From the NCBI RefSeq assembly GCF_045862395.1, contig NZ_AP023087.1:1699990-1731989 (forward strand): a stretch of DNA of 32,000 bases. The letters run 5' to 3'. This stretch comes from Marinicellulosiphila megalodicopiae. Its GTDB lineage: Bacteria; Pseudomonadota; Gammaproteobacteria; Pseudomonadales; Natronospirillaceae. Numbering within the stretch: position 1 is the first letter of the stretch; every line of letters begins with the position of its first letter. The translations under genes and the position numbers were made by a program. The notes under the pieces were generated by a model, which made no database searches, was not told the DNA's origin, and saw only the letters and a program-made list of their open reading frames with translations. Positions 12,836-22,679 of this stretch are shown piece by piece.

Positions 12836-14551
12836 ATGGATCAAGCACAAGCGTCACCTGGTGATATGGAGGGATCAAACCCTCCAATGCTCGATACAGT
12901 CAACGCTGAAAGCGCGGCGGTAAGCACGAAAAAAATACATCCTATTGTAGCGGGTTTTAGTAAGCTTACTATGTTGCGTCAATTGGGTTTATTAATTGGC
13001 CTGTCAGCTGCCATTGCATTAGGCATTGGCATGGTGTTATTTACTCAAAGCGAAACTTATAAACCGCTTTTAAATTCTGCTAATTCCTATAATACAAAAG
13101 AAGTGATTCAACTTCTGCAACAACAAGACATTGATTTTAATATGAATCCAGTATCTGGGGTGATATTGGTAACACAAAGTGATCTTCATAAAGCTCGTTT
13201 AGCTATAGCGGGCGCCGACTTAGCTACCGATGACTTATTGGGTTATGAATTATTAGATCAAGACCAGCCACTTGGTACCTCTCAGTTTATGGAAAATACT
13301 CGTTACATGAGAAGTGTAGAAGGGGAATTAGCCAGAACCATCGCATCCTATAATTCTGTAAGATCTGCACGCGTGCATTTAGCATTACCAAAAAGAAGTG
13401 TGTTTGTGCGTGATAAACGTAAGCCTACTGCATCGGTTATGGTCGAATTATTTGCAGGTGGACAGTTAGAATTTGATCAAGTCAAAGCCATTAAAAATAT
13501 GGTGTCTGCTTCTATTTCAGAGTTGAATCCTGAAGATGTAGTTGTGACAGATCAAAAAGGACATTTATATGAAAACAACGAAGAACAAACCCAAGAAGAG
13601 CTCACTAAAAAACAATATGACTTTACACGTAAAATTGAAAACGATCGGATCAGTTCGATTAACTCTATTTTATCGCCAATTTTAGGAGCCAATAATTTTG
13701 AAGTATCCGTTAATGCACAGGTTGATTTTACAAAAGTTGAGCAAACGGATGAATTATATAATCCTGATTTATTAACCATTCGATCACAACAAACTTTAAG
13801 CGAAACCAAAACCGGAGAACAAAATGGTGGGGTGCCTGGTGCGTTAACCAATCAGCCGCCATTAGATGCACAAGCCCCAGAAGAAGCTGGAGCAGGTGAC
13901 GCAGCAAATGCGCCTCCTACAAGCACAAAAGACCAAGCAACCACCAATTATGTAAATGATAGAACATTGCGTTATTCAGAACATGCAACCGGACAGGTAA
14001 AAAGATTAACAGTAGCCGTGGCGATTAATAATTTAACCACAGTGGATGCAGAAGGAAATTCTGTCACAGAGCCTTGGCCTCAAGAGTCATTAGATAAATT
14101 AAAAATCATTGTTCAAAATACAGTTGGGTTTGATATTTCTCGTGGCGATTCTGTTGATGTGATTAATTCAGAATTCAGAGCCCCGATTGTTGCACAGGAG
14201 TTACTTAATTTTTGGGAGCAACCTTGGTTTTGGGATAACGCAAAACAAATATTAGGCGGCTTGTTTGTATTAATTATGATTTTTGGTGTGCTTCGCCCAG
14301 CAGTTAAAAACCTAATGGAAAAAGGTGAGGATGAAGAGTCGGATGAAGACGATGCACTTGAATTATTAAATATTGATGAAGAATCCATAACCGATGATAA
14401 GGTGACACTTTCAGGCGCAGATGAGTTTTTATTGCCTGGACCTTCAGAGACATTTGAGCGAAAACTCGATGCACTTCGTGGGTTGATTGCTGAAGACCCA
14501 GGTCGTGTGGCTTTAGTATTGCGTAAATGGATTATGGCCGATAAACAATGA
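12836..14551 (+). CDS. fliF: Flagellar MS-ring protein FliF
   Basis: ARVHLALPKRSVFVRDKRKPTASVMVEL, DVVVTDQKGHLY, FEVSVNAQVDFTKVEQT; synteny. Confidence 0.96.
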   Translation: MDQAQASPGDMEGSNPPMLDTVNAESAAVSTKKIHPIVAGFSKLTMLRQLGLLIGLSAAIALGIGMVLFTQSETYKPLLNSANSYNTKEVIQLLQQQDIDFNMNPVSGVILVTQSDLHKARLAIAGADLATDDLLGYELLDQDQPLGTSQFMENTRYMRSVEGELARTIASYNSVRSARVHLALPKRSVFVRDKRKPTASVMVELFAGGQLEFDQVKAIKNMVSASISELNPEDVVVTDQKGHLYENNEEQTQEELTKKQYDFTRKIENDRISSINSILSPILGANNFEVSVNAQVDFTKVEQTDELYNPDLLTIRSQQTLSETKTGEQNGGVPGALTNQPPLDAQAPEEAGAGDAANAPPTSTKDQATTNYVNDRTLRYSEHATGQVKRLTVAVAINNLTTVDAEGNSVTEPWPQESLDKLKIIVQNTVGFDISRGDSVDVINSEFRAPIVAQELLNFWEQPWFWDNAKQILGGLFVLIMIFGVLRPAVKNLMEKGEDEESDEDDALELLNIDEESITDDKVTLSGADEFLLPGPSETFERKLDALRGLIAEDPGRVALVLRKWIMADKQ

Positions 14552-14567
14552 TAATAAGCAGACAGTC

Positions 14568-15620
14568 ATGAGTGAAAATAAACCACCAGATAGCCAAGAA
14601 ACCGCTTTAGCTAAACGTGTACTTGAGCCTGTCTCAAATCTTGAGCGTGCCTCGATATTATTGATGAGTATTGGTGAGTCCGATGCTGCAGAAGTGTTAA
14701 AACATATGGGCCCAAAAGAAGTGCAACGTGTGGGGACATCCATGAGTGCATTAAATGAAATTAGTCAAGAGCAAGTCGAAAGCACCGTGCATTTATTTTT
14801 AAATGATGTGGGGGGGCAAACCAGTTTAGGTATTGGTGCGGATGAATACATTCGAGCAATGTTAACCAAAGCATTAGGTGAAGATAAAGCAGTTTCATTA
14901 ATTGATCGAATTTTATTAGGCGGCAATACCACAGGTTTAGATACCTTAAAATGGATGGAAGCGCGAGCGGTTGCCGATATTATTCGTCACGAACATCCGC
15001 AAATTCAATCCATTGTGATTTCCTATTTAGAGCCGGATCAATCCGCAGAAATTTTATCGAATTTTCCTGAAAAAGTGCGTTTGGATATCATCATGCGTAT
15101 TGCTGCATTAGATACCATTCAGCCTGCTGCATTAAGTGAATTAAACAGCATTCTAGAGCGTCAATTCTCAAGTTCTGCTGGTGCGCAACAAACCACATTG
15201 GGTGGTGTGAAAACAGCGGCTGATATTATGAACTTCCTAGAAAGTGGTGTTGAAGCTGAAATTATGGATGGCATCAAAGAGGTGGATGAAGATTTGGGTC
15301 AAGAAATCGCCGACTTGATGTTTGTGTTTGATAACTTAATTGATGTGGATGATCGCGGAATTCAAACATTATTACGTGAAGTATCAACCGATGCGCTTAA
15401 AATTGCACTTCGTGGTTGTGACGACTCATTGACTGACAAAATATTGGGTAATATGTCTAAACGTGCTGCGGAATTATTACGTGATGATATGGAAGCGTCA
15501 GGCCCAGTTAAAGTCAGTGATGTTGAAACTGCACAAAAAGATATCTTGTCAATTGCTAGAAGAATGGCAGATGCAGGTGAAATTATGCTTGGTGGTGGAG
15601 GTGGCGAAGGCATGCTTTAA
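14568..15620 (+). CDS. fliG: Flagellar motor switch protein FliG
   Basis: LLMSIGESDAAEVLKHMGPKEVQRVGTSMS, FDNLIDVDDRGIQTLLREV motifs; synteny. ORF-track start at 14568 is likely ATG of MSENKPPDSQE. Confidence 0.96.
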   Translation: MSENKPPDSQETALAKRVLEPVSNLERASILLMSIGESDAAEVLKHMGPKEVQRVGTSMSALNEISQEQVESTVHLFLNDVGGQTSLGIGADEYIRAMLTKALGEDKAVSLIDRILLGGNTTGLDTLKWMEARAVADIIRHEHPQIQSIVISYLEPDQSAEILSNFPEKVRLDIIMRIAALDTIQPAALSELNSILERQFSSSAGAQQTTLGGVKTAADIMNFLESGVEAEIMDGIKEVDEDLGQEIADLMFVFDNLIDVDDRGIQTLLREVSTDALKIALRGCDDSLTDKILGNMSKRAAELLRDDMEASGPVKVSDVETAQKDILSIARRMADAGEIMLGGGGGEGML

Positions 15621-15654
15621 ATGCCTTCTTCGCTTCAATTAAAAAGAGAATAAA

Positions 15655-17100
15655 ATGCCAGAGATTCCTCTAAAACCAGAAGATCAAGAATTGTGTCGTA
15701 TTCATGATTATGAATACGAACAATGGGGAGAGCAAAAAGAAAAAGCCAAACCAAAAGCAATGAATGCTGAAAAAAAAATAAAACCAGAAGAGAAGCCAAA
15801 GTATCCAACCATTGACGAGTTGCAGAAAATTCGTGACGATGCTTTTAATGAAGGATTTGAGTTAGGTTATAAAGAAGGTATTGCAAAAGGAAAAAAACAA
15901 GGCGAGGCTGATGGGTTTGAATCAGGTAAAAAAGAAGGTCATGAAGAAGGATTAAAGGCAGGAACCGAAAAAGGGTTGAAAGACGGTTTTGACCAATCAA
16001 AAAAAGACGTTGAAGACACCTATTTAGTAAAATTTAAAAAACAAAATGAAATTTGGCAAAGCGTGATCGATCGATTAAAACAAAGTATTGATGAGCAAGA
16101 TGAAAACATAAAATCATCTTTGACACAGTTGATTGTTCAAATTTGCCGCGGCATTTTTGTGAAAGAAATGGCATTAAAACCCGAGCATATTTTATATATT
16201 GTGAAGCAAGTATTGGATGCGTTACCAAATGACGAACAAAAATTACAAATATTTGTAAATAGTGATGATCATGCAGAATTAGAAAAAGTTATGGATTTTC
16301 ACCCTAATCAAGAACTGCAATACAATATTGATGATGCATTACAAAGTGGGGGGTGCATAGTTAAAGCTAAGTATTCTTATGTGGATTATTCATTATCAAA
16401 ACGTTTTCAAAACCAGTTAAAAGATTTAATGGAATCCGTGACAGAGTTAGATTGGGATTGCATCATTAACTTGCAAAAACCATTGCCTGAAAATGACATC
16501 ATTGAAGAACTTGAGAATGAAGAACTTGAGAGTGAAGAACTTAAGAGTGAAGAACTTGAGATTGAAGGTGAGTTAATAGTTGAGGATGAAATAGAAACTG
16601 AAGAACCTCAAATCGAAGATAAAGAGTCCGTTGAATATGATGGATCAGTTAAAGACGAAGAAATATCAGCAGAGTTAAATGAGCCGACTACTAAAGAAGA
16701 AAGAAATCAAGAAGCTGAAGAGCTTGTAACTGAAGAGCTTGAAACTGAAGTTGTACAAAGTGCTGAAGATAATAAAAAAGAACTAGACAACAAAGAACAA
16801 AGTCAAGAACCATCGTTGACAGAAACAGAAACAGAAACAGAAACAGAAACAGAAACAGAAACAGAAACAGAAACAGAAACAGAAACAGAAACAGAAACAG
16901 AAACAGAAACAGAAACAGAAACAGAAACAGAAACAGAAACAGAAACAGAAACAGAAACAGAAACAGAAACAGAAACAGAAACAGAGCAAAGTAAAGCTGA
17001 AACATTAGATCAACAAGAACAAGAAAAAGAACAAGAAAAAGAAAAAGAACAAGCCGAACAACTGAAAGACGAAATAAAAAAGGACGATAAAAATGTCTGA
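15655..17100 (+). CDS. fliH: Flagellar assembly protein FliH with ~200-aa acidic repeat-rich C-terminal extension
   Basis: Position between fliG and fliI; FliH-type E/K-rich N-terminal region, [36 protein letters not shown] and [29 protein letters not shown]; extension from ~residue 283 to 481. Confidence 0.9.
   Translation: MPEIPLKPEDQELCRIHDYEYEQWGEQKEKAKPKAMNAEKKIKPEEKPKYPTIDELQKIRDDAFNEGFELGYKEGIAKGKKQGEADGFESGKKEGHEEGLKAGTEKGLKDGFDQSKKDVEDTYLVKFKKQNEIWQSVIDRLKQSIDEQDENIKSSLTQLIVQICRGIFVKEMALKPEHILYIVKQVLDALPNDEQKLQIFVNSDDHAELEKVMDFHPNQELQYNIDDALQSGGCIVKAKYSYVDYSLSKRFQNQLKDLMESVTELDWDCIINLQKPLPENDIIEELENEELESEELKSEELEIEGELIVEDEIETEEPQIEDKESVEYDGSVKDEEISAELNEPTTKEERNQEAEELVTEELETEVVQSAEDNKKELDNKEQSQEPSLTETETETETETETETETETETETETETETETETETETETETETETETETETETETEQSKAETLDQQEQEKEQEKEKEQAEQLKDEIKKDDKNV
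16504..16563. repeat. 15-bp tandem repeat (GAAGAACTTGAGAGT-like), 4 copies in fliH
   Basis: Copies 16504-16518, 16519-16533, 16534-16548, 16549-16563 encode [20 protein letters not shown]. Confidence 0.9.
16819..16980. repeat. Hexanucleotide tandem repeat (ACAGAA)27 within fliH
   Basis: 27 uninterrupted perfect copies, followed by a degenerate ACAGAG; encodes (TE)n. Confidence 0.99.
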
Positions 17101-18472
17101 AGTCAGTGACTTTTTTACCAAACAATCTGAGATGATGGGGGAACAAAAACCCTTAGTAGAAGGCAGATTAACTCGAATGGTTGGGTTAACAATGGAAGCT
17201 TTGGGTTTGCAAGTCACCGTAGGCGATCGTTGTTTAATTGATGACGGAACAAAAAAAATTGAAGCTCAGGTCGTTGGATTTGATGCAGGTAAAACATACT
17301 TAATGCCGTTGCAACCTTTGGTCGGTTTAAAATCTGGGGCAAAAGTCATTCCTATCAATCAAGATGAACCGCTAGCCATTGGGGATGAATTATTAGGCCG
17401 AGTAGTCAATGGTTTTGGTGAGCCAATTGATGGCAAAGGGCCTTTAACCTGTCGTACGCATCGCTCATTAGATGGCGAATATATTAATCCATTACATCGA
17501 GAACCTATTAGACAACCACTAGATGTTGGCATAAAAGCGATTAACGCCATGTTAACCGTAGGACGTGGACAGCGTTTAGGATTATTTGCAGGCTCAGGTG
17601 TAGGTAAATCAGTTTTGTTAGGCATGATGACAAAATTCACAGAAGCAGACATTACCATTGTGGGGTTAATTGGTGAGCGTGGACGAGAAGTAAAAGAATT
17701 TATTGAAGATATTTTGGGCGAAGAAGGGTTAGTCCGATCTGTGGTTGTCGCGTCTCCTGCTGATGACGCGCCATTATTACGATTACGCGCCTCCCAATAT
17801 TGCACCACCATCGCAGAGCATTTTCGTGCTCAGGGTAAAAACGTTTTATTACTGATCGATTCATTAACCCGTTATGCCATGGCGCAACGTGAAATTGCCT
17901 TAGCCATTGGCGAGCCACCTGCAACAAAAGGGTACCCGCCATCGGTGTTTGCAAAAATCCCTCAATTAGTTGAGCGAGCAGGTAATGGAGAAGCAGGGGG
18001 AGGATCGATTACTGCGTTTTATACAGTATTAACAGAAGGGGATGATCAACAAGATCCAGTAGCGGATTCTGCCCGCGCAATTTTGGATGGCCACATCGTT
18101 TTGAATCGAGCGATTGCGGAGCAGGGGCATTATCCAGCAATAGATATTGAGCAAAGTATTTCTCGTGCTATGCCGCAAGTGGTTGACGAGGTGCATTTGC
18201 AAACGGCTCAACAATTTAAACAGATCTTTGCTAAATATCGACAAAACGAAGATTTAATCACCATCGGTGCGTATCAAAAAGGCAGCGATCCACAGCTTGA
18301 TCAAGCAATTTTAATGGTGCCGCAAATGAAAGCGTTTTTACAGCAAAGTCACAAAAAAGCAGAACCCTTTAAAGAATCACTACAACAATTTGTTCAAGCC
18401 ATGCAACCTCCAGCGCCACAAAAACAACCATTAAAATCAGGACAAAAACAAGCAGGGGGCGTCAGACGATAA
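17093..18472 (+). CDS. fliI: Flagellum-specific ATPase FliI
   Basis: Walker [53 protein letters not shown]; overlaps fliH by 8 nt. Confidence 0.97.
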   Translation: MSEVSDFFTKQSEMMGEQKPLVEGRLTRMVGLTMEALGLQVTVGDRCLIDDGTKKIEAQVVGFDAGKTYLMPLQPLVGLKSGAKVIPINQDEPLAIGDELLGRVVNGFGEPIDGKGPLTCRTHRSLDGEYINPLHREPIRQPLDVGIKAINAMLTVGRGQRLGLFAGSGVGKSVLLGMMTKFTEADITIVGLIGERGREVKEFIEDILGEEGLVRSVVVASPADDAPLLRLRASQYCTTIAEHFRAQGKNVLLLIDSLTRYAMAQREIALAIGEPPATKGYPPSVFAKIPQLVERAGNGEAGGGSITAFYTVLTEGDDQQDPVADSARAILDGHIVLNRAIAEQGHYPAIDIEQSISRAMPQVVDEVHLQTAQQFKQIFAKYRQNEDLITIGAYQKGSDPQLDQAILMVPQMKAFLQQSHKKAEPFKESLQQFVQAMQPPAPQKQPLKSGQKQAGGVRR

Positions 18473-18916
18473 ATGAAACCACAATCCCAGCGTTTTTTAA
18501 TGGTCTTAAAAGTATATGAACAAAAAGAGAAAAAAATGTCAGACATGTTGCGTGAACTCACCATTCAAAAGCAACAAGAAGAAGAGAAGTTGACACAGCT
18601 TTATGACTATCAAAAACAATACGAAGCCAATTTTCAAATAGAAGCAAAAAAAGGCATTACAGGGTCACAGCTGCATTCACAACAACATTTTATGGCGCAA
18701 CTAGATGATGTAATTAAAGGTCAACACAAAGCACTAAACGATCAAAATCAGTACTTAGAATCTGTAAAAGAAAAATACATGCAAATGTTATTTAAACGGC
18801 AAAATTTTGAAAAACTCATCACTAAAATAAAAAATAAAGAACAGTATCAATTAGATAAAGTTGAACAAAAACTAATGGATGAACTGACCTCACAAATGAT
18901 GCGACGTCAGTATTAA
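18473..18916 (+). CDS. fliJ: Flagellar export protein FliJ
   Basis: 147-aa coiled-coil protein directly abutting fliI; FliJ-like composition. Confidence 0.85.
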   Translation: MKPQSQRFLMVLKVYEQKEKKMSDMLRELTIQKQQEEEKLTQLYDYQKQYEANFQIEAKKGITGSQLHSQQHFMAQLDDVIKGQHKALNDQNQYLESVKEKYMQMLFKRQNFEKLITKIKNKEQYQLDKVEQKLMDELTSQMMRRQY

Positions 18917-18919
18917 ACG

Positions 18920-18945
18920 AAAAACCAGCGATTGCTGGTTTTTTT
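18920..18945. terminator. Terminator after fliJ
   Basis: AAAAACCAGCGATTGCTGGTTTTTTT: ACCAGC/GCTGGT stem with A/T flanks, usable in both directions. Confidence 0.88.
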
Positions 18946-18962
18946 ATATTCAAATACCCCCT

Positions 18963-19310
18963 TTAGTTATTTTGCGTAAACTCATCAAAAGCGCGTAAAG
19001 CGTCCGCGGCATACATCAACGCAGGACCGCCTCCCATATAAACACACATCATTAATACTTCAGCGATTTCATCACGAGTAGCACCTAACTTAATTAACGT
19101 TTTGATATGAAACCCAATACAGCCATCACAATGCTGTGTGATTCCAATTGAAAGCGCGATAAACTCCTTGGTTTTTTTATCAATTAACCCGTCTTTAGTC
19201 GCCGCAGCCGACATCGCATAAAACCCTTTCATCCCCTCTGGCATAGCCTTTTGCAATTCACCCGCATATTGAGAAATGTCTTTGGTGATGGATTGATAGC
19301 TTTTAGTCAT
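18963..19310 (-). CDS. Carboxymuconolactone decarboxylase/AhpD-like protein
   Basis: KTKEFIALSIGITQHCDGCIGFHIKTLIKLGATRDEIAEVLMMCVYMGGGPALMYAADAL (CxxC...H motif). Confidence 0.93.
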   Translation of the reverse strand: MTKSYQSITKDISQYAGELQKAMPEGMKGFYAMSAAATKDGLIDKKTKEFIALSIGITQHCDGCIGFHIKTLIKLGATRDEIAEVLMMCVYMGGGPALMYAADALRAFDEFTQNN

Positions 19311-19558
19311 GGGTTGCCTTTATATTAAGTTTAATTTAATAGTTACATTTAATATTCTATTCGGATTTAATTGTATAGCTTTATGGCATAAGTACGATAT
19401 GCCTGAATGGGTAGGTGGGTTGTTAGCCGTAGGGTGGATTCCATATCCGCCATTTTCTACGCGGCCGATATAAAAATTGTAAGAAATATTTATTTTTCAT
19501 TATTGTCCATGTCAAATATAAAGCCCACCCGAGATAACAATGTGAGTGATAGTTTCTA

Positions 19559-19595
19559 GTCATCTTCAACTGTTTTATCGTTGGAGATCCAGTGG
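19559..19595. repeat. Dispersed repeat family 1, copy A (GTCATCTTCAACTGTTTTATCGTTGGAGATCCAGTGGCT)
   Basis: Closely similar to 22261-22299 and 26711-26749. Confidence 0.75.
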
Positions 19596-19735
19596 CTTTA
19601 GTCTTTGCTTTCAGATTAAAAGTGGATGTTTGTTTTGGTTTTACGATATCTTTACTTGTGAATAAATGATTAAGTAATGTTATTATGGTATGAATCTTCA
19701 AACCCATTAAAATAATAGTTAATCAAAGGAAAATA

Positions 19736-21409
19736 ATGAAATCGGTATTTGTTTTTTTAATCCCCTTTATTGCGATAATGACATTCATAGGCTGTTCAGA
19801 AATTGGTAATGATAACGCAGGTAATGTGCTTGCTGAGCAAGACGTTAAGGCAGACTTTTTTCAATTTACAGACGCAAATGATGTGCAGCCAACACAATTA
19901 ATTGAAAGTAATGAAGTAGTTGTTACTGGAATTAGTGGGAACGTGGCAGTCAGTGTAATTGGAGGGAAATATAGTATTAATGGTAGTAATTATACTAATA
20001 ATAATGGTTACATTAATAATAATGACTCGATCAAAGTTCGAGGGGTGTCTTCTGATCTATATGGTGTCTCGAATAATGTAGAATTAAGTATTGTCAATGC
20101 TTTTTATAATTTTAAAATCACCACAAAACAAGTTCCTGTTATTGGTGTTGAAGATGTTAATTATGAAAGTAATAATGAAATATCTACATCAATTACTGCT
20201 TATAAAGATGAGGTTTACAATGATTTAACTTTTGTTATTAGTGAAAATATAGTTGATGTGGATCATTTTGAATTTTCAGTTAGCTTTGAAGATCAGGAAA
20301 TAATTGCGGATCAAAGTATTAATATAATTGATAATGGACACTCTAAGAAGATTAGCTTTACTCCAAGTTCAGTTGGTCAAACTGTATTAACTGGACTATT
20401 AGTAAATACATTAACGAATGAATCGTTAATAACGACATTGACAGTGAATGTCGTTGAATTACAAATCAAAGCAAATTTGTTTGCTGCATCTAACTCTAGA
20501 GATATGGTTCATAACCCAGCTAACAACACTCTATACATTACAGATGGGAGCGATGTGCTGCATTATGACTTGTTATCTGGCCAGTTACTGGAAAGGATAA
20601 GTGTCGGTGGAAATTTAATTGGTATCGATATTAATCAAAATAATTCACAGTTAGTTGTGGCTGACGGAACAAGATTTGAGAATACAAGTAGTCGATTTGA
20701 TGATGAAGTTAACCTTTATTTTATTGAAATTGATTCTCATGTGGTTTCTTCTATGGTTATAGACGCAGAGTTTGGTGAGTCGGGATCTTATTCAGTGTTA
20801 TATTTACCCGATAATAAAATAATGTTTACCACCGATTATGCTGGCTCTGGTGGTGTTTTAGTAAGGATTGTTGATTTAGGGTCAGATGCGGTTTTATATG
20901 AAAGAAGCATTGAACAACGAACAATGTTAAATGCTAATAATGACAGATCAATCATCGTGCTTTCTGAATCAAATAGTAGTGCTGGGCCATTTGGTATTTA
21001 TAATATTGAGACCAATTTAACAAAGCGGGGTCGAACCGATTCATTTTTGTATGATATTTCCATCGATCGAAATAATGAGTTTGTGGCAATTCCTAGTATT
21101 ATGTCTTTGAAAATATTTGATAATATTGGGAATTTAATAATAAGAATTGATTCAGAAAATTATGGCATACCTTTGGGGGTGGCTTATAGTCCTGTTTCAG
21201 ATTTGCTTTTTGTTCCATGGGCAGATAAATCTAGTATTGGTATATTTAATTCAATAACAAATGAATTTGTTGAGAATATTTCAATTCCGCATATTATGAA
21301 TTGGCATAATAATAAAGGTATGAATGACGGGCGTATTAAAATTTCAAAAGATGGGTCTCTAGGGTTTGTTCAGGTTGTGGGGGGGATTCATAGTTTTATA
21401 ATTCAATAA
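19736..21409 (+). CDS. Putative secreted lipoprotein with Ig-like N-terminal and beta-propeller-like C-terminal region
   Basis: Signal peptide with lipobox-like FIGC; repeated NTLYITDGSDVLHYDLLSGQL / DLLFVPWADKSSIGIFNSITNEFV propeller-like motifs. Confidence 0.7.
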   Translation: MKSVFVFLIPFIAIMTFIGCSEIGNDNAGNVLAEQDVKADFFQFTDANDVQPTQLIESNEVVVTGISGNVAVSVIGGKYSINGSNYTNNNGYINNNDSIKVRGVSSDLYGVSNNVELSIVNAFYNFKITTKQVPVIGVEDVNYESNNEISTSITAYKDEVYNDLTFVISENIVDVDHFEFSVSFEDQEIIADQSINIIDNGHSKKISFTPSSVGQTVLTGLLVNTLTNESLITTLTVNVVELQIKANLFAASNSRDMVHNPANNTLYITDGSDVLHYDLLSGQLLERISVGGNLIGIDINQNNSQLVVADGTRFENTSSRFDDEVNLYFIEIDSHVVSSMVIDAEFGESGSYSVLYLPDNKIMFTTDYAGSGGVLVRIVDLGSDAVLYERSIEQRTMLNANNDRSIIVLSESNSSAGPFGIYNIETNLTKRGRTDSFLYDISIDRNNEFVAIPSIMSLKIFDNIGNLIIRIDSENYGIPLGVAYSPVSDLLFVPWADKSSIGIFNSITNEFVENISIPHIMNWHNNKGMNDGRIKISKDGSLGFVQVVGGIHSFIIQ

Positions 21410-21800
21410 AAAAACTAATGGGGTCGAAGCTGAATGAGACTATGTTAAGCCCCGAAGGCATATAAAAAAGGTCTGCAGAGCTAAAACTCCCTTAAAAAGT
21501 AACAAGACAGTCAGTGATTACGATCCAGTCAGTTTCATTGATTTTTTTCATAAAAGGTTAGTGTAATTAATTTAAGAGATAATCCAGTTGGTTTTTTGGG
21601 TAACTATGTCAAATGTAAGACTCGACCCCGACATACTGAATCGAGTAATATTAAATCAGTAAATATTGTTAGTTATTAGCTATTTTAGAAGGTCAAGTTA
21701 TAGCTTAATTCTTAATAAGATGGATAATAAATGAACATAGAGCATCTACTTTGAATATGATTGAATTAATTGGCAATTCGGTACTGGGGGGAAGTGAATA

Positions 21801-22097
21801 TTGAAATATTTTATTTGTCCTTGTTGTGATAAAAAAACATAACAATCAAGCAGAAAATAATACTGATTTTTAAAATTGAGTATAAATGCCATGAATGCAA
21901 TGAGGCGATATCCGTCTGGAGTGGATATGAAATAATAGGTCGCTTTTCAATTCCGGGGATCGCAATATACATATATTCAATTATGCCAATTGTTAAGAAT
22001 GAGTGGAATTTATTAACAATATTTATTTCATTAAGCCTTTCTACAATACTATATTTCATAATCGGTGTTTTATTTATATCAATTAACAAAAAATAAA
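21801..22097 (+). pseudogene. Frameshifted small zinc-ribbon inner-membrane protein
   Basis: Frame 1 (TTG 21801): LKYFICPCCDKKT*; another frame continues from the A7 tract: NITIKQKIILIFKIEYKCHECNEAISVWSGYEIIGRFSIPGIAIYIYSIMPIV...TIFISLSLSTILYFIIGVLFISINKK*. Joined at 21831-21837 they give a CPCC...CHEC zinc ribbon plus two TM segments. Confidence 0.6.
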
Positions 22098-22168
22098 GTA
22101 CAAAAGTGAGTGTCACTTTTGAGCGTCTTGTGAGCATCTTTCTAATGGGTTAGTTGTGAGTCAATTAT

Positions 22169-22200
22169 GGATCCGACCCCAATATTACGACCCCAATATT
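22169..22200. repeat. GGATCCGACCCCAATATT repeat-family motif, with a second partial copy (CGACCCCAATATT)
   Basis: Same 18-mer occurs at 22357, 22453 and 26835. Confidence 0.8.
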
Positions 22201-22260
22201 AACCTGTAGGTTGCCTTTTAAGGGAACAAAACAACGGTAAGTCAATATGGATAATTACTC

Positions 22261-22299
22261 GTCATCTTCAGCAGGTTTATCGCTGGAGATCCAGTGGCT
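22261..22299. repeat. Dispersed repeat family 1, copy B
   Basis: GTCATCTTCAGCAGGTTTATCGCTGGAGATCCAGTGGCT; compare 19559 and 26711. Confidence 0.75.
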
Positions 22300-22344
22300 T
22301 TGTAATGGGTATGGCGAAATGAGCATCTTTCTATTGGGTTGGCG

Positions 22345-22536
22345 TGTGTCAATTTTGGATCCGACCCCAATATTATTAAAAATAAAAACGTAGGGTTGAG
22401 CTTTAGCTAAAACACTAAAGTGGGTGTCCCTTTTGATCTGTGTGTCAATTTTGGATCCGACCCCAATATTATTAAAAATAAAAACGTAGGGTTGAGCTTT
22501 AGCTAAAACACTAAAGTGGGTGTCCCTTTTGATCTG
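22345..22536. repeat. Perfect 96-bp tandem duplication (2 copies)
   Basis: 22345-22440 and 22441-22536 read identically: TGTGTCAATTTTGGATCCGACCCCAATATTATTAAAAATAAAAACGTAGGGTTGAGCTTTAGCTAAAACACTAAAGTGGGTGTCCCTTTTGATCTG; then a further 14-bp partial (TCCCTTTTGATCTG). Confidence 0.97.
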
Positions 22537-22619
22537 TCCCTTTTGATCTGCTTTTGGGTGGTTGATAGTCTTATTAATGTTAATCTTGAGATGGTTGTGA
22601 AATAGTTATTTTTATCATG

Positions 22620-22648
22620 TTGACCGATCGGTCAGTAGTGGGTAGTAT
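22620..22648 (+). promoter_or_regulatory. Promoter TTGACC-N17-TAGTAT overlapping a palindromic operator TGACCGATCGGTCA (22621-22634)
   Basis: Perfect 14-bp palindrome of the TetR/NemR operator type overlapping the -35, immediately upstream of a TetR gene. Confidence 0.75.
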
Positions 22649-22679
22649 TGTGCTTAACTTAATGTAAAAAACAAATCAA

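Noticed and set aside
16691-17146. Antisense ORFs inside fliH with LFLFLF / CFCFCF repeats (16691-17146 minus, 16783-16989 minus)
   Set aside because: They are the reverse complement of the (ACAGAA)27 repeat and fliH coding sequence; stop-free only because of the repeat.
19423-19707. Minus-strand ORF 19423-19707 as a gene
   Set aside because: Its TGSPTIKQLKMT segment is shared with the 26659-26877 minus ORF; both are translations of the dispersed intergenic repeat.
21811-22137. Minus-strand 108-aa ORF 21811-22137
   Set aside because: It is the shadow of the plus-strand frameshifted zinc-ribbon membrane gene, which has recognisable CPCC/CHEC motifs.
22150-22560. Complete insertion sequence
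   Set aside because: No transposase coding sequence is visible near the repeats; only short non-coding modules were found.
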